The notes under the pieces: generated by a model
What the model saw: only the letters and a program-made list of their open reading frames with translations
Told to the model about the DNA's origin: nothing
The model's database searches: none
Assembly (NCBI GenBank): GCA_002269645.1
Contig: NIVC01001660.1
Coordinates: forward strand, 186,001-250,000
From: Macrostomum lignano
Taxonomy: Eukaryota
Direction: 5' to 3'
DNA length: 64,000 bases
Translations under genes and position numbers: made by a program
In this document: positions 1-15,288 of the stretch, piece by piece
Numbering within the stretch: the first letter of the stretch is position 1
Layout: each line of letters begins with the position of its first letter

Positions 1-697
1 CTTGCTGCAAAACTGGCAGATTTGTTGCTCCGGACTTCGCTTTCGGCAAGCACGCGGATGCGTTGACGCAGGGCTCGTAGCCAGAGCCGTCAGCTGACAC
101 GAGACCGCCGCTGCACGCCTTCTTGTTTCCGATGCAGTAGTGATCGTTTCTGGACTGGGTAGGTTCCAAATAGTAAAGATTAAATGATCCGCAAGTAAGG
201 ATTCGGACAGGATATGGAGCCTCTGCCGAGTCGTAGCAAACGGGTCCTGACCGACTGACTCTGAAAAGTTTGCCAGAATACAGCGTTCTGCTTGTAGTGG
301 CTTCCTGGACGATGTCGGTGAGGATATAAGGGTAGGCGCTGCCGCAGCTGGCCGTTGTGTCGGGACACGTGCTGGTTAGGAAGCCTCCAGCTGGAGACTT
401 CAGTCGGTACCATCCAAAAGATATTGAGCTGAAGTCAAAGCAACTATAACCAGAGTCCGAGCACGACTTGACGTTTCTGGGAGCATGAGAGCCCTTTGAG
501 TCGTCGATCGTTGCAATGCTGGGATCCAAGCACGGATTAGAGGTTGAAAAAGCGGTTTCACAGTTCCTGCCGTAATAATCCGGTTGGCAGGTGCATCTGT
601 CCTTCACTGCATCATAGTTTCCATGATTTGAGCACTGCGTCTGTGTCTTGATACTACTCACTAGCAACAGAGCCAGTAGTGATCTAAAATTATTCAT
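1..697 (-). CDS. VWDE-like: Secreted EGF + D8C-type (VWDE N-terminal-like) protein, paralog 1; partial, runs off window start
   Basis: Manual translation from ATG 697 is open to base 1: MNNFRSLLALLLVSSIKTQTQCSNHGNYDAVKDRCTCQPDYYGRNCE...GWYRLKSPAGGFLTSTCPDTTASCGSAYPYIL...ACSGGLVSADGSGYEPC. Signal-peptide-like N-terminus, EGF cysteine pattern, collinear with the 6894-8615 protein. Absent from the ORF track because there is no stop in the window. Confidence 0.75.
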   Translation of the reverse strand, partial: MNNFRSLLALLLVSSIKTQTQCSNHGNYDAVKDRCTCQPDYYGRNCETAFSTSNPCLDPSIATIDDSKGSHAPRNVKSCSDSGYSCFDFSSISFGWYRLKSPAGGFLTSTCPDTTASCGSAYPYILTDIVQEATTSRTLYSGKLFRVSRSGPVCYDSAEAPYPVRILTCGSFNLYYLEPTQSRNDHYCIGNKKACSGGLVSADGSGYEPCVNASACLPKAKSGATNLPVLQQ

Positions 698-1368
698 TGC
701 ATTGCAAGATGTTGTAAAAGTTTTGCCGGAATTCAGAGAAAATAATTTTGATGTACATTAATTGTCTCAGATGGACCTAAATACATAAATGATTGTTGCT
801 GCAGTTCTATTGGCACAATCAAAGAAGGTCTGTACATTTCTATGTGATTGTCACAAAGAAGACATTGCTTTAAGCACTACAAAAGCGCTTACATCGGAGC
901 GGGGAAAACAATGATCTCTACCCACCTCGACAACAGCTATCGAATGACCAGCTCTTTGTTTGTTACTTTTATTACTTTGATTAATTAATTACGAGTACTT
1001 TGCATTGTGACTATGCGTTCTTGCTGCTATACAATACACTGCCTTGAATAATAATATTCTGTACTGAGTTTTTTAAGTCTCATTCTCATAATAGGGCCTT
1101 TAGAGGCCAGGGTGTTTTGAAAGTCTTTTTTGTCACGTGAGCAAAAGATAAAAAGAAAACGAAACCTACCTGTTACATTTGGTTTCTTGATACATAAAAC
1201 ATGTTAACTGCTAAAAATCATTCAGATACTCAAAAAGCACGCAAGCCTTTTGCTTGTACTTACCTTAGCAAGGTGCACAGACTGCTTGGCTGAACCATCT
1301 TGGTGCCTGCACAAAAGAAAATAACGCATTTGCCGTTTTATAGACATTCGAAATTTACTCAGGAAGCT

Positions 1369-3600
<2,232 letters not shown>

Positions 3601-4401
3601 AAAAAAAGCAACAAATATAGCCATTGAATTCTTACTGTGGTGCCGCTTATTGCCTGACGACTTGGAGTTCGAATGGATTCCAATAGAAGTTGAACAGTCT
3701 TTTGGGTCGCTACTTGGCTGCCAGCGTCGCTTGAAACGGGCTTGGACGGACTCGCTTTTATGCTTTCGCAAATTGTCTCAGCATGCAGGATGAGAAGATT
3801 ATTAATCTTCTCAAGGATTTAGTTTCTTATTATATTAGTAACTAATTATATTTGTTGGCACTATTGTGGTCTGCGATGGCATCCCTGATGCTGCCGTATC
3901 CGCCAGGTTGATATCTTAAAAACAGTTCTCAGACTGAGAGCGGCGCTTTCGCTTCAGACAGATGAAAGCCCCTTTAACCCTATTGAGCACAGACTCATTG
4001 ATGTTGAGTAGAAATAGTAATAATGATAATAAAAAATAATAAAAGAGAAACAGGATGCAATTATTTTTTGCATTCGTCTCGTTCTGTCCCGGCATTAATT
4101 GTCTGAAAGCAACGTAAACTAGTAGGGTATTGTGCCAATAATTTTTTTTCTTTGCTCTACTTGGTAGCAAAAGCAACGCAGAGGAGACGAGTTTTTACTG
4201 TCTGGATTCACGGATCTCTGCTATACTGTAAATCCTTATTGAAAAATTGAATCCTTATTGCATCTCCTTGTTAGCAGTCCATCTTTAGACTTTAATTGAA
4301 AAAGATTCCAACCTGTTTCGGCATCGAGAATCCAAACTCTTTAGCTATTTAATTGCACTTAATTCAGATGAGTGACTTCAAGAGTGGAAATATTTGGCCG
4401 A

Positions 4402-4731
4402 TTGCAGTACATGAGGGACACTTGCAGTACATGAGGGACACTTGCAGTACATGAGGGACACTTGCAGTACATGAGGGACACTTGCAGTACATGAGGGACA
4501 CTTGCAGTACATGAGGGACACTTGCAGTACATGAGGGACACTTGCAGTACATGAGGGACACTTGCAGTACATGAGGGACACTTGCAGTACATGAGGGACA
4601 CTTGCAGTACATGAGGGACACTTGCAGTACATGAGGGACACTTGCAGTACATGAGGGACACTTGCAGTACATGAGGGACACTTGCAGTACATGAGGGACA
4701 CTTGCAGTACATGAGGGACACTTGCAGTACA
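4402..4731. repeat. 20-bp perfect minisatellite (TTGCAGTACATGAGGGACAC) x16.5
   Basis: Identical head-to-tail units, no spacers. Confidence 0.97.
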
Positions 4732-5242
4732 GCTCCCTCTATCCCACAATCCCTACAGCCCATCTATCCCACAGTCCCTACAGCTCCCTCTATCCCACAG
4801 TCCCTACAGCTCCCTCTATCCCACAGTCCCTACAGCTCCCTCTATCCCACAGTCCCTACAGCCCCCTCTATCCCACAGTCCCTACAGCCCCCCTCTATCC
4901 CACAGTCCCTACAGCTCCCTCTATCCCACAGTCCCTACAGCTCCCTCTATCCCACAGTCCCTACAGCTCCCTCTATCCCACAGTCCCTACAGCTCCCTCT
5001 ATCCCACAGTCCCTACAGCTCCCTCTATCCCACAGTCCCTACAGCTCTCTCTATCCCACAGTCCCTATAGCTCCCTCTATCCCACAGTCCCTACAGCTCT
5101 CTCTATCCCACAGTCCCTATAGCTCCCTCTATCCCACAGTCCCTACAGCCTCTCTATCCCACAGTCCCTACAGCCTCTCTATCCCATAGTCCCTACAGCC
5201 CATCTATCCCACAGTCCCTACAGCTCCCTCTATCCAACAGTC
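4730..5242. repeat. 26-bp minisatellite (CAGCTCCCTCTATCCCACAGTCCCTA), about 20 copies
   Basis: Tandem units with 24-bp variants; directly abuts the 20-bp array. Confidence 0.95.
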
Positions 5243-5760
5243 TCAGTGTAAACTTGATTTCTATCACATATTATGATGGCGGCGTTGGAGACACAATTCA
5301 ATGATAGTTGAGTCCGAATTAAAATCAGAGATCCAGTCCAATAGCCGGATTGGTTATAACTTAGAGCTAAAGCATTTAAATTTCCCGATTTAAGTAAGCA
5401 AGAAAAAGCAACGCTTATTTTTCTGAAATTAAGGGTTTTTTGTGACAGTGACGTTTCTGCAAGTCTTTGTGTGCGTCAAGGTTTAAGTTTTTGTTCTCAG
5501 ATGCTTCTGGTTCTGAAATCGCTCCTAAAAATCATAAGACGAGACAAGCAAAACAACTTTCTTATTAGAATGCCCACCAAACTAAACAGGTAAACTAGCT
5601 TTTGATTAAATACTCGTAAATCATTACGGATGTTATGTTTAATGCCAGACAAAAAACTAAAACCATCCGTTAGGCTATTTACAGACAGCGGTACGTCACG
5701 ACAACCTTGCATCCCGTTAGTACGAGCCAGAGTTGCCTCTGCTCACGCACTATACTAAAT

Positions 5761-6548
5761 ACCGTTGCTAAATTTAGCAACATGAATAAATAACAGACAT
5801 CCTCTATACAGACTCCGACACTATAGTAGACTATACTCTCTATATAAAGAACCAAGCAAGGCCCCGCAATGCTCTGCTTTCTTTAACTTGCATGAACTCG
5901 GTGCTTCTTAGATTTCTTAGAATTTTGTTTAAATTTGTTTTATTTCAATCAACCCAGTTAAACAGTGGTGGTTTTTGGTGGACTAATGCTCCGGTAAGTA
6001 TCTCAAAGAATAATGCGTGAATTATTTCCCCAAATATACTTTTTATAGATTTCGAACTTCTTAAAATTTTCGCAAAGTATATACAACCTGTCTAAGAGAA
6101 TATCGTGTGGCACTCAATCTTCTTTTCCGATGAACTAGCGAACTGCTGCTTATCCAATCGGAATTTCTGGATAACCTAAGATCTTTGCCATAAATGTTTG
6201 TCTACAAAAAAATAAGCTTCCTGTTTAAAATGTGAGAAGACTCTCTCCACCTCTGCTCATTCTTTCTTCTGCTCACATAGTTAATCGGCCCCTCATAAGG
6301 TCCACAGCCTATTGTTAGTCACAACCCTCTGCCATATTGAGGCTCAATCTGTTATAAGGGAACCTACTACGAGTAAATTAGCATAGAAAACGCAATATAT
6401 CATCGGTTAGACTGCAAAATTGAATGGAGTTTTTTGAGGCAGCCGATAGAATATGAGCAGAGGCGGAGAAAGACAGACGGCAGAGGCACACTGATACTCA
6501 TATAGAGCAGACAGAATAATTACAATGGCTGCTAAATTTAGTAACGGT
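5761..6548. mobile_element. Putative non-autonomous TIR element (MITE-like)
   Basis: Left end ACCGTTGCTAAATTTAGCAAC versus reverse complement of right end ACCGTTACTAAATTTAGCAGC (19/21). No TSD recognised. Confidence 0.4.
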
Positions 6549-6893
6549 TCAGAACGGTAAAGGATGAATATATGAATTTGATACGGTAGTGCAATACTCT
6601 CTTACATGTATAAAGTGGATTGAGCTCCAGCAATGAGTTCATATTCCCGATAGTTTACCGTCAGGACGGAGGCCAAAATTCTAAGCTTCAACGCGCAGAA
6701 TAAAGTTTTATTAAATAGACTAGTGACACTTCACTATTAAACAAGATGAGCCGTCATGTTTCAGCTATGCTCAGGTGAGATTTTTTTAACGTAATGTAAC
6801 GCTTTCGGAGGTTAGGATCTGAAATTAGAACACACCAATAGCGCAACATATCTTTGGTTATCGTCAAGCACTACCGAATAACACTACTGCAAA

Positions 6894-8615
6894 ATGAGCT
6901 GCAGCACACACAGGTATATTTATGACTAACCTCGCCTATAATGCATGCATGCATGCATTCTTACTTCGATTCAAAGAGCAGAGCTCCTTTTCAATCAACA
7001 AACACTACTTTAAATCTTATATCGCAGGTGGGCGGTGGTATTGTCTCTGCTGCTGAGCTGCTGTGAAGTCGAGTCACAGACGCACTGCTCAAATGGTGGA
7101 ACCTTTGACTACGTCAGCTACCGGTGCATTTGTACACCAGAGTTCTATGGACGGACCTGCGAGACCGCCTTTGCAAGCTCTGATCCGTGCAGCAATGCCA
7201 GCATACCGGAAATCACTGACTCCACAGCCTCTCATGCACCTGGCAACACCCAGTCGTGTTCATCAACTGGTGGTTGCATCAACTTTTACAACATGGCGAC
7301 TGGATGGTACCGACTGAGGTCTCCTGCTGGGGGCTTCCTAACCAGCACGTGTCCCAACACAACCGTCAGCTGCGGCAGCGCCGACCCTTATATCCTCACC
7401 GACATCGTCCAGGAAGCCAATGCGAACAGACAGCTTTTTTCCGCCAAACTCTTCAGAGCCAGTGGGCCAGGACCCGTCTGCTACAACTCGGCAGAGACTT
7501 CATATCCTGTCCGAATCCTCTACTGCGGATCATTTAATCTTTACTATTTGGAACCCACCATGTCGAGCAGTCACCACTTCTGCATCGGAAACAGGAAGGC
7601 GTGCAGCGGCGGTCTCGTGTCAGCTGACGGCTCGGGCTACGAGCCCTGCGTCAACGCATCCGCGTGCTTGCCAAGGGTGAAGTCCGGAGCCGACGTGTTG
7701 CCAGTGCTTAGCCAAGCAAAGAGTGCTTCATCCGAGCCGCATTTTGATCGATTTAACTGTGCCATTCGTGACGCGTTTAGTACAAACTCTACGCTAGGAC
7801 TCCTTTATAGGGTGAAATACCGAATCACATTTCACAACTCAACGCAGGTCGTCATTCTAGGCTGCACAATTGATGATTTATCTGTGGTTCCAGGAAATCG
7901 AGTCATCGCGTCCTGCCCGTACGAAAAGATGCTAATGCCGCATTCGAACATCTACAGTGCAACACTGGAGTGCACCCTTCAGGCAAAGTGCAACTCATCG
8001 GCGGAAGACTACATTTCCCAGGAGCTGGTTTCTGCTTCTCACCGACTTCTCTTTCAGTTAGTAGAGCCCTCCTCGTTGGTGCTCACAACGTCTAATCCGA
8101 TCCAACTTTGCATCAACATTTCCAAGGTTCCAATCGTTGGCGAGGTCACTCTGAGAGTTTCAGCACGACAGACAGCGGCTGTGCCAAACGAAGCTCTGAA
8201 AGTAGAGATTAAAGCAGCTCAGTTTGGCCAATCGAAGTCGGGCATTGATGCTCTATCCGTCACTTTGAATGCAACGAATCGACACCCGGTCATCTGTTTA
8301 GAGTTGAGGTTGTTAATTTCGAATCAAGCAGCGGCGTTGACAGTGAATGGAACTCAAATTGAGGTGAGCGCCGGTTTCAACTCAACCGCTTCGAGCAGCG
8401 GTGTCTACACCGCAGGAAAATTGGTGACATTTATGTCCCTAAAGTTGATGGCCGACGGCTCTGCGTTGAATATGAGGTCGACTACGACCACTATGTCGTC
8501 ACGTTTCTTGACGATCACTTTGTCAAGCACGCCAGGATTGGTTTTGAAGCCCTACGAGAATTTGTCCATTGTTCTCGGCAGTGCTATTTTGCTGCGCCTT
8601 TGTCTGCGTACATGA
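6894..8615 (+). CDS. VWDE-like: Secreted EGF + D8C-type (VWDE N-terminal-like) protein, paralog 2; exons 6894-6913 and 7028-8615
   Basis: ATG exon MSCSTH(R), GT donor at 6914, TGACTAAC branch-like motif, CGCAG acceptor at 7027, joining in frame to WAVVLSLLLSCCEVES (signal peptide). Then EGF (CSNGG..CICTPEFYGRTC) and GWYRL..G..L.S.CP....CGS..PY, typical of the UMOD/GP2/OIT3 D8C domain at the VWDE N-terminus. Confidence 0.75.
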
Positions 8616-9414
8616 CTAGCATTAGAAACTGGAGTTTCACGGGTTTTTAAGGAGCTTTTCTTAAAGATTTGATTATTTTTACGGAACTGTGACGCTTGTT
8701 AACAAATATTTTGTAGACTTTCAGCACGTGGACTAAATTGTAAAGTTGAAAGAAATGCTAACCAGGAGTGAATGAGTGTGACTATATGACGTAACGATTT
8801 CATGTATGAATTGTATTCATAGAGGCTAGATTTTTTGTTGTGGAAATTTCTATGCATCAGATAGTAAGGTACATATTACTAAAGTACAAAATTCTTGGTT
8901 TTTTGTACCCAACTGCTGATCCTATTACTTTGAGCTAATAGTAATTCAGTTTTATAATTCGCTCATGCCTAGAACGCAAAAGGATAGTTGTTTTTTATTT
9001 ATCCAGGCACTGAGTGTAAACAAGAAAATCATTTGTAGGTAATAGGTACAGTTTTAGTTTTTAGAACTGAGCTAGAGTACCTTGTTTCCGTGATGTTGTT
9101 TGAAATTTAATATTAGCTTATTTTATTATGCTTACCTATCAAAGTTTTTCTGCCCGAATATTTTTTTTTACAGCAGAAACACCAATTCCGTTTACTTTTA
9201 CAATCCTAAGCAGTTGTGCACAAGCAACAAAAATGTTTCAAATTCTGCAATGTAAGCAGCTGTGCTTAGAGAAATTATTGCTTTACAGTAGTTTGCTTTT
9301 ACTAAAATTTCTGTGGAAAACTCTGTCTTAAACAGAAAAAAACGTTTCTCCTTTAATCGGTAAATTGCGGCTAAAATATATTTGATTTGAAATCTGTCTT
9401 TTTAAGCGATTAAA

Positions 9415-9800
9415 GCAGATAATCTCCAGTCCTAACTGACTGATTCTGGAAAATTTCGGAATATACAGCTGTCTGTTCGGGTTGACTTCCTAAACGATGT
9501 TCGTGAGGATATTAGGGTATAGGCTCTGCCGCAGGCTAGGAAGTCTCCAACTGGAGACCTCAGTGAGTACCATCCGGTCAAAATCTTGTAGAATTTGAAG
9601 CAACCAGTTGATGAACACATCAGATGCGTTGAGAGGTGCGTGAGAGGCCGTGGAGTCTGTGATTTCCGGCATGCTGCGATTGCTGCAAGGATCAGCGTTT
9701 GCAAAGGCGGTCTCCCAAGGACCGTCCATATAGAACCTTGGTGTACAAATGCACCGGTAGCTGACGAAGTCAAAGGTTCCACCATTTAAGCAATGCGTCT
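9415..9800 (-). pseudogene. Degenerate inverted copy of the EGF/D8C exon of paralog 2
   Basis: Reverse complement aligns by eye to about 7077-7470 (AATGGTGGAACCTTTGAC.., CCGGAAATCAC.GACTCCAC.GCCTCTCA.GCACCT) with several indels and frameshifts. Confidence 0.8.
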
Positions 9801-12800
9801 GTTAATAATCGTGCCCACAAAATATACGAGCGTATGTATGTGCGCAACAGCAAGATCAGCCATTTACCAGTGACGCATTCTGCTGCCTTGCACAGCCATC
9901 AAACAGACAAATATCAATCTGGAACTCGTTCATTGCTACCACTTCTTTCCCGGATGTGGAATCGAGTCTTTACCGCTTCAGCAGATCTTACGTTAATCGC
10001 CCGTGCCTTTGTTGATAATCCCCAGACTGCATCGGAAGGGGTCGTATAGCCTAAATTGGAATCTCGGCTTGGGTCTGAGCGGGCAATTAACGCTCTTGAG
10101 GGCCAACCCTGTTGTGATTGACAATGCTTGCGCAGTGAACTGACCACTGACAATTAACTATTGACCTTATTGAATGCGTGGGCGTATACTGTACCCAGAC
10201 TAGAATGAGTAGGTGATTGCGTATCGATTTGGCAATGCAACGTGCAAGTAGGAGTTTCATCTCTATAAATATATTGTGAGCGAGATTTGTGTCTCGCCGA
10301 GAAAGCTTCAATCAAAGAAACTCTCTGTGTTAATTAGAACACAACAAACTCAACGATAAATAAGATAGGGCCGCTGTACACTCCTATGTGAGCGCGTGCC
10401 TGCGCGTATGAATGCGTACGTACATGTATGCGTGTGTGTGTGGGGGGGGGGGGGGTGGGCGGAATGGGCAGTAATGCCTCTCGCTGGTTGTGTGACAATG
10501 TCGTTTTAAGTACACCAGGGTAGACACAGTTCCATTCTTCTAATACCAAAATAGACTACAATACATGTACACCAGCCAGAAAGATAAGAATTCTCCGATT
10601 CTGTTTTCGCAATTGGTAGTTTTACGTTACATCTGGTCAGACAGACAAATCTTAGACAATTAGTATAGTTGGATACTACGAGTTTTGGATCGGTGCACTC
10701 GCTCTATTGTTGTGAAAGTGTCTTTTTACAAAAAAATACCGCACTATCACAGGATGCTGCTACACAGTTTTAAGTAACAAAACACGCGTTTCTAAATTTA
10801 ATAAATTAAGCCAGTCTGCCTCATTTAGTGCAAGTTTATATCCTGTTTCTGTTTGTTGTTTTCATTAGCAAACCTTACGGATTTTGAAACCTAACGAAAG
10901 ATATTTTATTCTGCTATTACAGGTTCATGCTGTGTGAAGCTGGGTAAAATGAGATTTAAGCTCTGCTGTTTAATCGTTACATGGTGGATGTGGATTGGTT
11001 ATCTCGCTGGACAATGGACAATAAGCAGACAAATGTAAATATACAAGAATGAAGGCTAGATCTTATATAGTTCGCATTTGTTGTGTCGGGTTGAATCTGC
11101 ACTGCTTAGCATACACTTGGCAACATACTTAAAGTTTCCACCCGAAACCAGAGGTAAACTTTTCTCAGATCTCGGCTCCAGGTGACGCAACTCACACCAC
11201 GCCCGCGATTCTCATCTTAACTGTGGATGATGTAATTGACTCTTAGAAGCTCTCACTGCCAGAATTCGAGGGAACCCGCCCCTGCCGCCGCCATCGCAGT
11301 TGTGTGAAGACAAGAGTGAGTTGCGTTTCTTTCTCACTTGCGGGACTGGCTGGGTCTGATTTGTGCTATAGGGACGGGCTTATCAAGTCTCCTGACGCGA
11401 TCCCACGCCCAGAGTCCGAAGTCAGTCCGGCCAGTTGACTGACGCCATCTCCGGGCTCGTCCACTGAGATAGCTAGAGTTGCGATACGGCCTTTTCACAG
11501 CGCATCGGCATCAGATCAGGCCAATTTCTTGTGGTAACACACGGCTTGGGCATACCTGTACTCGTGTCGCTCTGTACTTTAATATTATTTGACGGTTAAT
11601 TATCAGATAGAAGAGCAGAAATGGACAAGTTCATGCCCAAAAGCTTAAGTGAATCGCCCACCAGCCACCCGTTTGAGCCATAGACTATAGAAAGCAGGTG
11701 CCATTGGGTGCTCATTTTTGCCAATGTGGATCTCAATTCAATTCCCAATACCTCAACGAGACGCAAAACGACACGAGGGCTCGAACATCTATTGTAGAGT
11801 GTTCTACTTCCCACAAAAATCATAAAAATTGTTAATTTACAGGTACAGGTTTATTCATAGAAATGCTACTGTAAGTAGAGCAACGCACGCATGCGCTGTA
11901 GCGGGTGCTACGACTAAGAACAAAATGCAGATAATTGCAGTGGAATGAAGTGTAAAAACTAGCGGTGGGGAATGCCGCTCTGGCTTCTTAGCTTAGCGCT
12001 GTAGAACTGTATTTCACCTTTAACATCTGCCATAGATAATAGAATCGTACTTACACGAGCGTATGATCAACGGCTGTGTAGTGTTGTAGTGTTATATCTA
12101 CAACACATAGTGCTATAGCGCACCAAAATTTTAACTATGAATCATATTACTATTTATAACTAAAATGAGTCATGCTACTTATATCTTGCGAAAATTGTGT
12201 ATAAATACAAGAGGTCCGAAGCGGACCGGAGCCTTATATCCTTTAAGAGAGAAGAAGAGCTTCGAATAAGGAAGCCAGCAAGATCCTTCAGACCAAGTCA
12301 ACCGAGACTCGGCTGAGTTCTTTGCGGTAAGCCTTACTCATTTGCGCTACACTTTTTGAGTTGACTCGAGAGTGTTGTTGTGACTGAGTCTATCTGAGAC
12401 TCCATTGGTAGTAGTCTTGACTTGTGTAAAGTCAAAGTCATTACTGGAGCTATACCTAGAGTGGATTACTTCACTGCTAGAAGGAGTAGGCTTGTTTATA
12501 CCGCAGCGCGGCGCAGGGATCCCCATTGTTGATTCGAAGCTTCTTATTGGTTCGGACTACAGATACCGGACAGCGACATGCCCAAGGCAGTAAACTAGTA
12601 TAGAAACTACCAGCATCAAGGCGTCTATACGAACTGACGACGAGGAATTCCAGATCGACAAAGGGGTACTCATTACTGGTTACTGATTGCCTAGCAGTAG
12701 CTAGAAGTGATTTTCCTTGATTACTAAGAAAGTCTTAGTAAGGAACACATTAATATTTAAGGCTGACTAAGGCTATAAATTCGATTAAAAACGACTTCTG

Positions 12801-13379
12801 ATCAGTGGATACCCATATTATTTAGTGAATTGATAGCAGCTTTAAGAAAAAAAATAAATCAAAGCAACATCGACATTTTCTTGTGAAGTTATACACTACA
12901 GCAAAACATTATATTTTATATACTCATTTGAAATATTATTTCATACTATTTAGAAATATGCAAACGCCTATACACAAATTTTAAATCCTCTCAATAGGGA
13001 CACCAAACATGATGAACGGCAAACTATACTATCCCAGTAGCAACTACATGTAGCTCACCTTGTGATTGAAGTTTCTTGATTAGCACGGCTTGTATTGTAA
13101 TGGTTTTGTATCTTCTCGACTTTTTAATAATATTGATGACCTAAAGAAACAGCTGTCTAGAATATTATTTGCACCAGCTTGCTTTGTTGAAAATATTTGG
13201 TTTTGTTATACTTTCTGACTTCCAGAAAAAAAATAATATTAATAATAATAATAATTGATTACGCCTGCCCTAATGGGCAGATGTGCAACCGACAGCTCAG
13301 CCGCAGCTATTGCGCGGCGCATCTGAAGGCTGTGTACGGCTGTTCAGTCCAAGGACTGGGGGGGAGGGTCACCACACAC

Positions 13380-13455
13380 CCTCAATTACCCCAGCTAATG
13401 CTGGCACCCATTTTACAACTGGGTGAACTGAAGCAAAGCAGAGTTAAGCGTCTTG
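13380..13455 (+). mobile_element. SINE/LINE-tail-like fragment
   Basis: GCTGGCACCCATTTTACAACTGGGTGAACTGAAGCAAAGCAGAGTTAAGCGTCTTG resembles a motif I recall from widespread invertebrate SINEs; not verified. Confidence 0.35.
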
Positions 13456-13478
13456 TGATTGTTGATAAGCTCGGTTAG

Positions 13479-13925
13479 AGTGATACTGAGGGGGAGTGAT
13501 GCTAAGGGGAGTGACGCTGAGGGGGAGTGATGCTAAGGGGAGTGACGCTGAGGGGGAGTGATGCTAAGGGGAGTGACGCTGAGGGGGAGTGATGCTAAGG
13601 GGAGTGACGCTGAGGGGGAGTGATGCTGAGGTGAGTGACGCTGAGGGGGAGTGATGCTGAGGTGATCGTGACGCTGAGGGGAGTGATTCTGAGGGGAGTG
13701 ACGCTGAGGTGAGTGACGCTGAGGGGGAGTGATGCTGAGGTGAGTAATGCTGAGGGGAGTGATGCTGAGGGGAGTGACGCTGAGGGGGAGTGATGCTGAG
13801 GTGAGTGACGCTGAGGGGAGTGATGCTGAGGGGAGTGACGCTGAGGGGGAGTGATGCTGAGGTGAGTGATGCTGAGGGGGAGTGATGCTGAGGAGAGTGA
13901 CGCTGAGGGGAATGATGCTGAGGGT
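13479..13925. repeat. 16-17-bp G-rich minisatellite (GAGTGAYGCTGAGGGG(G))
   Basis: Alternating GAGTGATGCT/GAGTGACGCT units. Confidence 0.93.
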
Positions 13926-15102
13926 GCTGATACTGATTGGGATGCTGATAGGGAATGAGGAAGTGACTTTGAGGGCAAATGAATTTGAATTGTAACGATA
14001 GTGAAAAGGGACAGATCCATGCACGTAATTTTTTCGTCACACTGCATTTAAATGAATGTTCGCACATCCTTGCAGAAACTTTTTGGGGAATTAAAAAACT
14101 GTCGCTAAATAGCTATAAAGTCATTTCGCTCACTTGAGTGGAGTGAGTGGAGGTTAAAAGGCTGTTCTGAGTCGCAACAAAAAAACAAAAAATTACGAGT
14201 ACCTCCCTCCACACCCTGATATAAGTACTCTAAGCATTCTGCTTTCAGATTAGAAATGCCCCCTATAGAAATCCATTTGGGGTTGGAGGGACTCTCATTA
14301 CTAAGGCTCTAAAATAACTTCGATTGTCGATGTGCAGAGAGCCAAATGCGAACTGAGGCTGCAGATTCAACTCGATTTGCTTGAGTTGAGTTTTGCTATT
14401 AGGTTCTATTGTTCGGGCGATCTGATAGTTTAATCTGTTGTGGGTGGATCGATTATTCTTAATTAAGGTTCAATGAATCAACCTGTCGAATCTAAATAGT
14501 TTGGCTAGATTTGTGTACTACGCTCGGATCTGTTCAAGTTAAGGATTAGCTAGGAGAAGAAACAAAAACTTCTTGCTTGGTTTTAATCTTGGCTTACATA
14601 GCAATTTCAGTCTTTAGCATTGGGGACTAATTTAGACTTTTAGATAGTACCAAAGACCTTTGATAAAACTCAAAGATCGTGTAAATTTTAGGAGGTCGAT
14701 TTCCTGAAATAAATACACTGCGGAGATAGGAAAAATATTTTTTTATCACAAAATAAATGATTGCATCCTTAGAATGAGTGATCCTTGGATGGTACATGCC
14801 TACTTTTCATTGGTTGAGGCTGGGGTCGTGTCCTAAGCTTTTGCTTGTTGGAGCACATTGATTGGCTGGTAATACTGTAGCGGTTTATTCGTTCGTGTTC
14901 AGACGGCTAATTATATATTTAGTATAATGGATTTTATAGTATATTTATATAACAATTTGTTACTTTGACCAATCAGGAGGCGGGGCGAGACGGTCCGGGC
15001 GACGACGAGTACAAAATTGAATTCTACCCGCGGTTGAAATACTATACAGATTCTCGGAATCATACAGTAAAACAAAAGTAATAATCAATTGTACATATAC
15101 AT

Positions 15103-15288
15103 GGGAGCACGAGAATTTCCCGCAGAAACTTCGACGGGAAAAACTCTCGCGGGAAAGCCTCGCCGCGGAAAAATCTCGTCGGGAAAAGCTCGGCGCGAAA
15201 ACACCCAGCGGGGAAACCTCGCTGCGGGCAAAACTCGCGCGGGCAAACCTTGGCGGGAAAAATTCCTGCGGGAAATTCTCATAGACCC
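15103..15288. mobile_element. 186-bp MITE, MULE/Mutator-like, with internal GCGGGAAA-type repeats
   Basis: TIRs GGGAGCACGAGAATTTCCCGCAG / GGGTCTATGAGAATTTCCCGCAG (reverse complement of right end). Exact 9-bp TSD CATATACAT at 15094-15102 and 15289-15297. G-start TIR plus 9-bp TSD is the MULE signature. Confidence 0.8.

Noticed and set aside
3620-3780. Protein-like stretch LLPDDLEFEWIPIEVEQSFG on the plus strand
   Set aside because: No start, splice context or recognisable family.
4402-4731. CRISPR-like regular repeats (also 34624-34971 and 54783-55024)
   Set aside because: Units are head-to-tail with no unique spacers, no cas genes, eukaryotic context.
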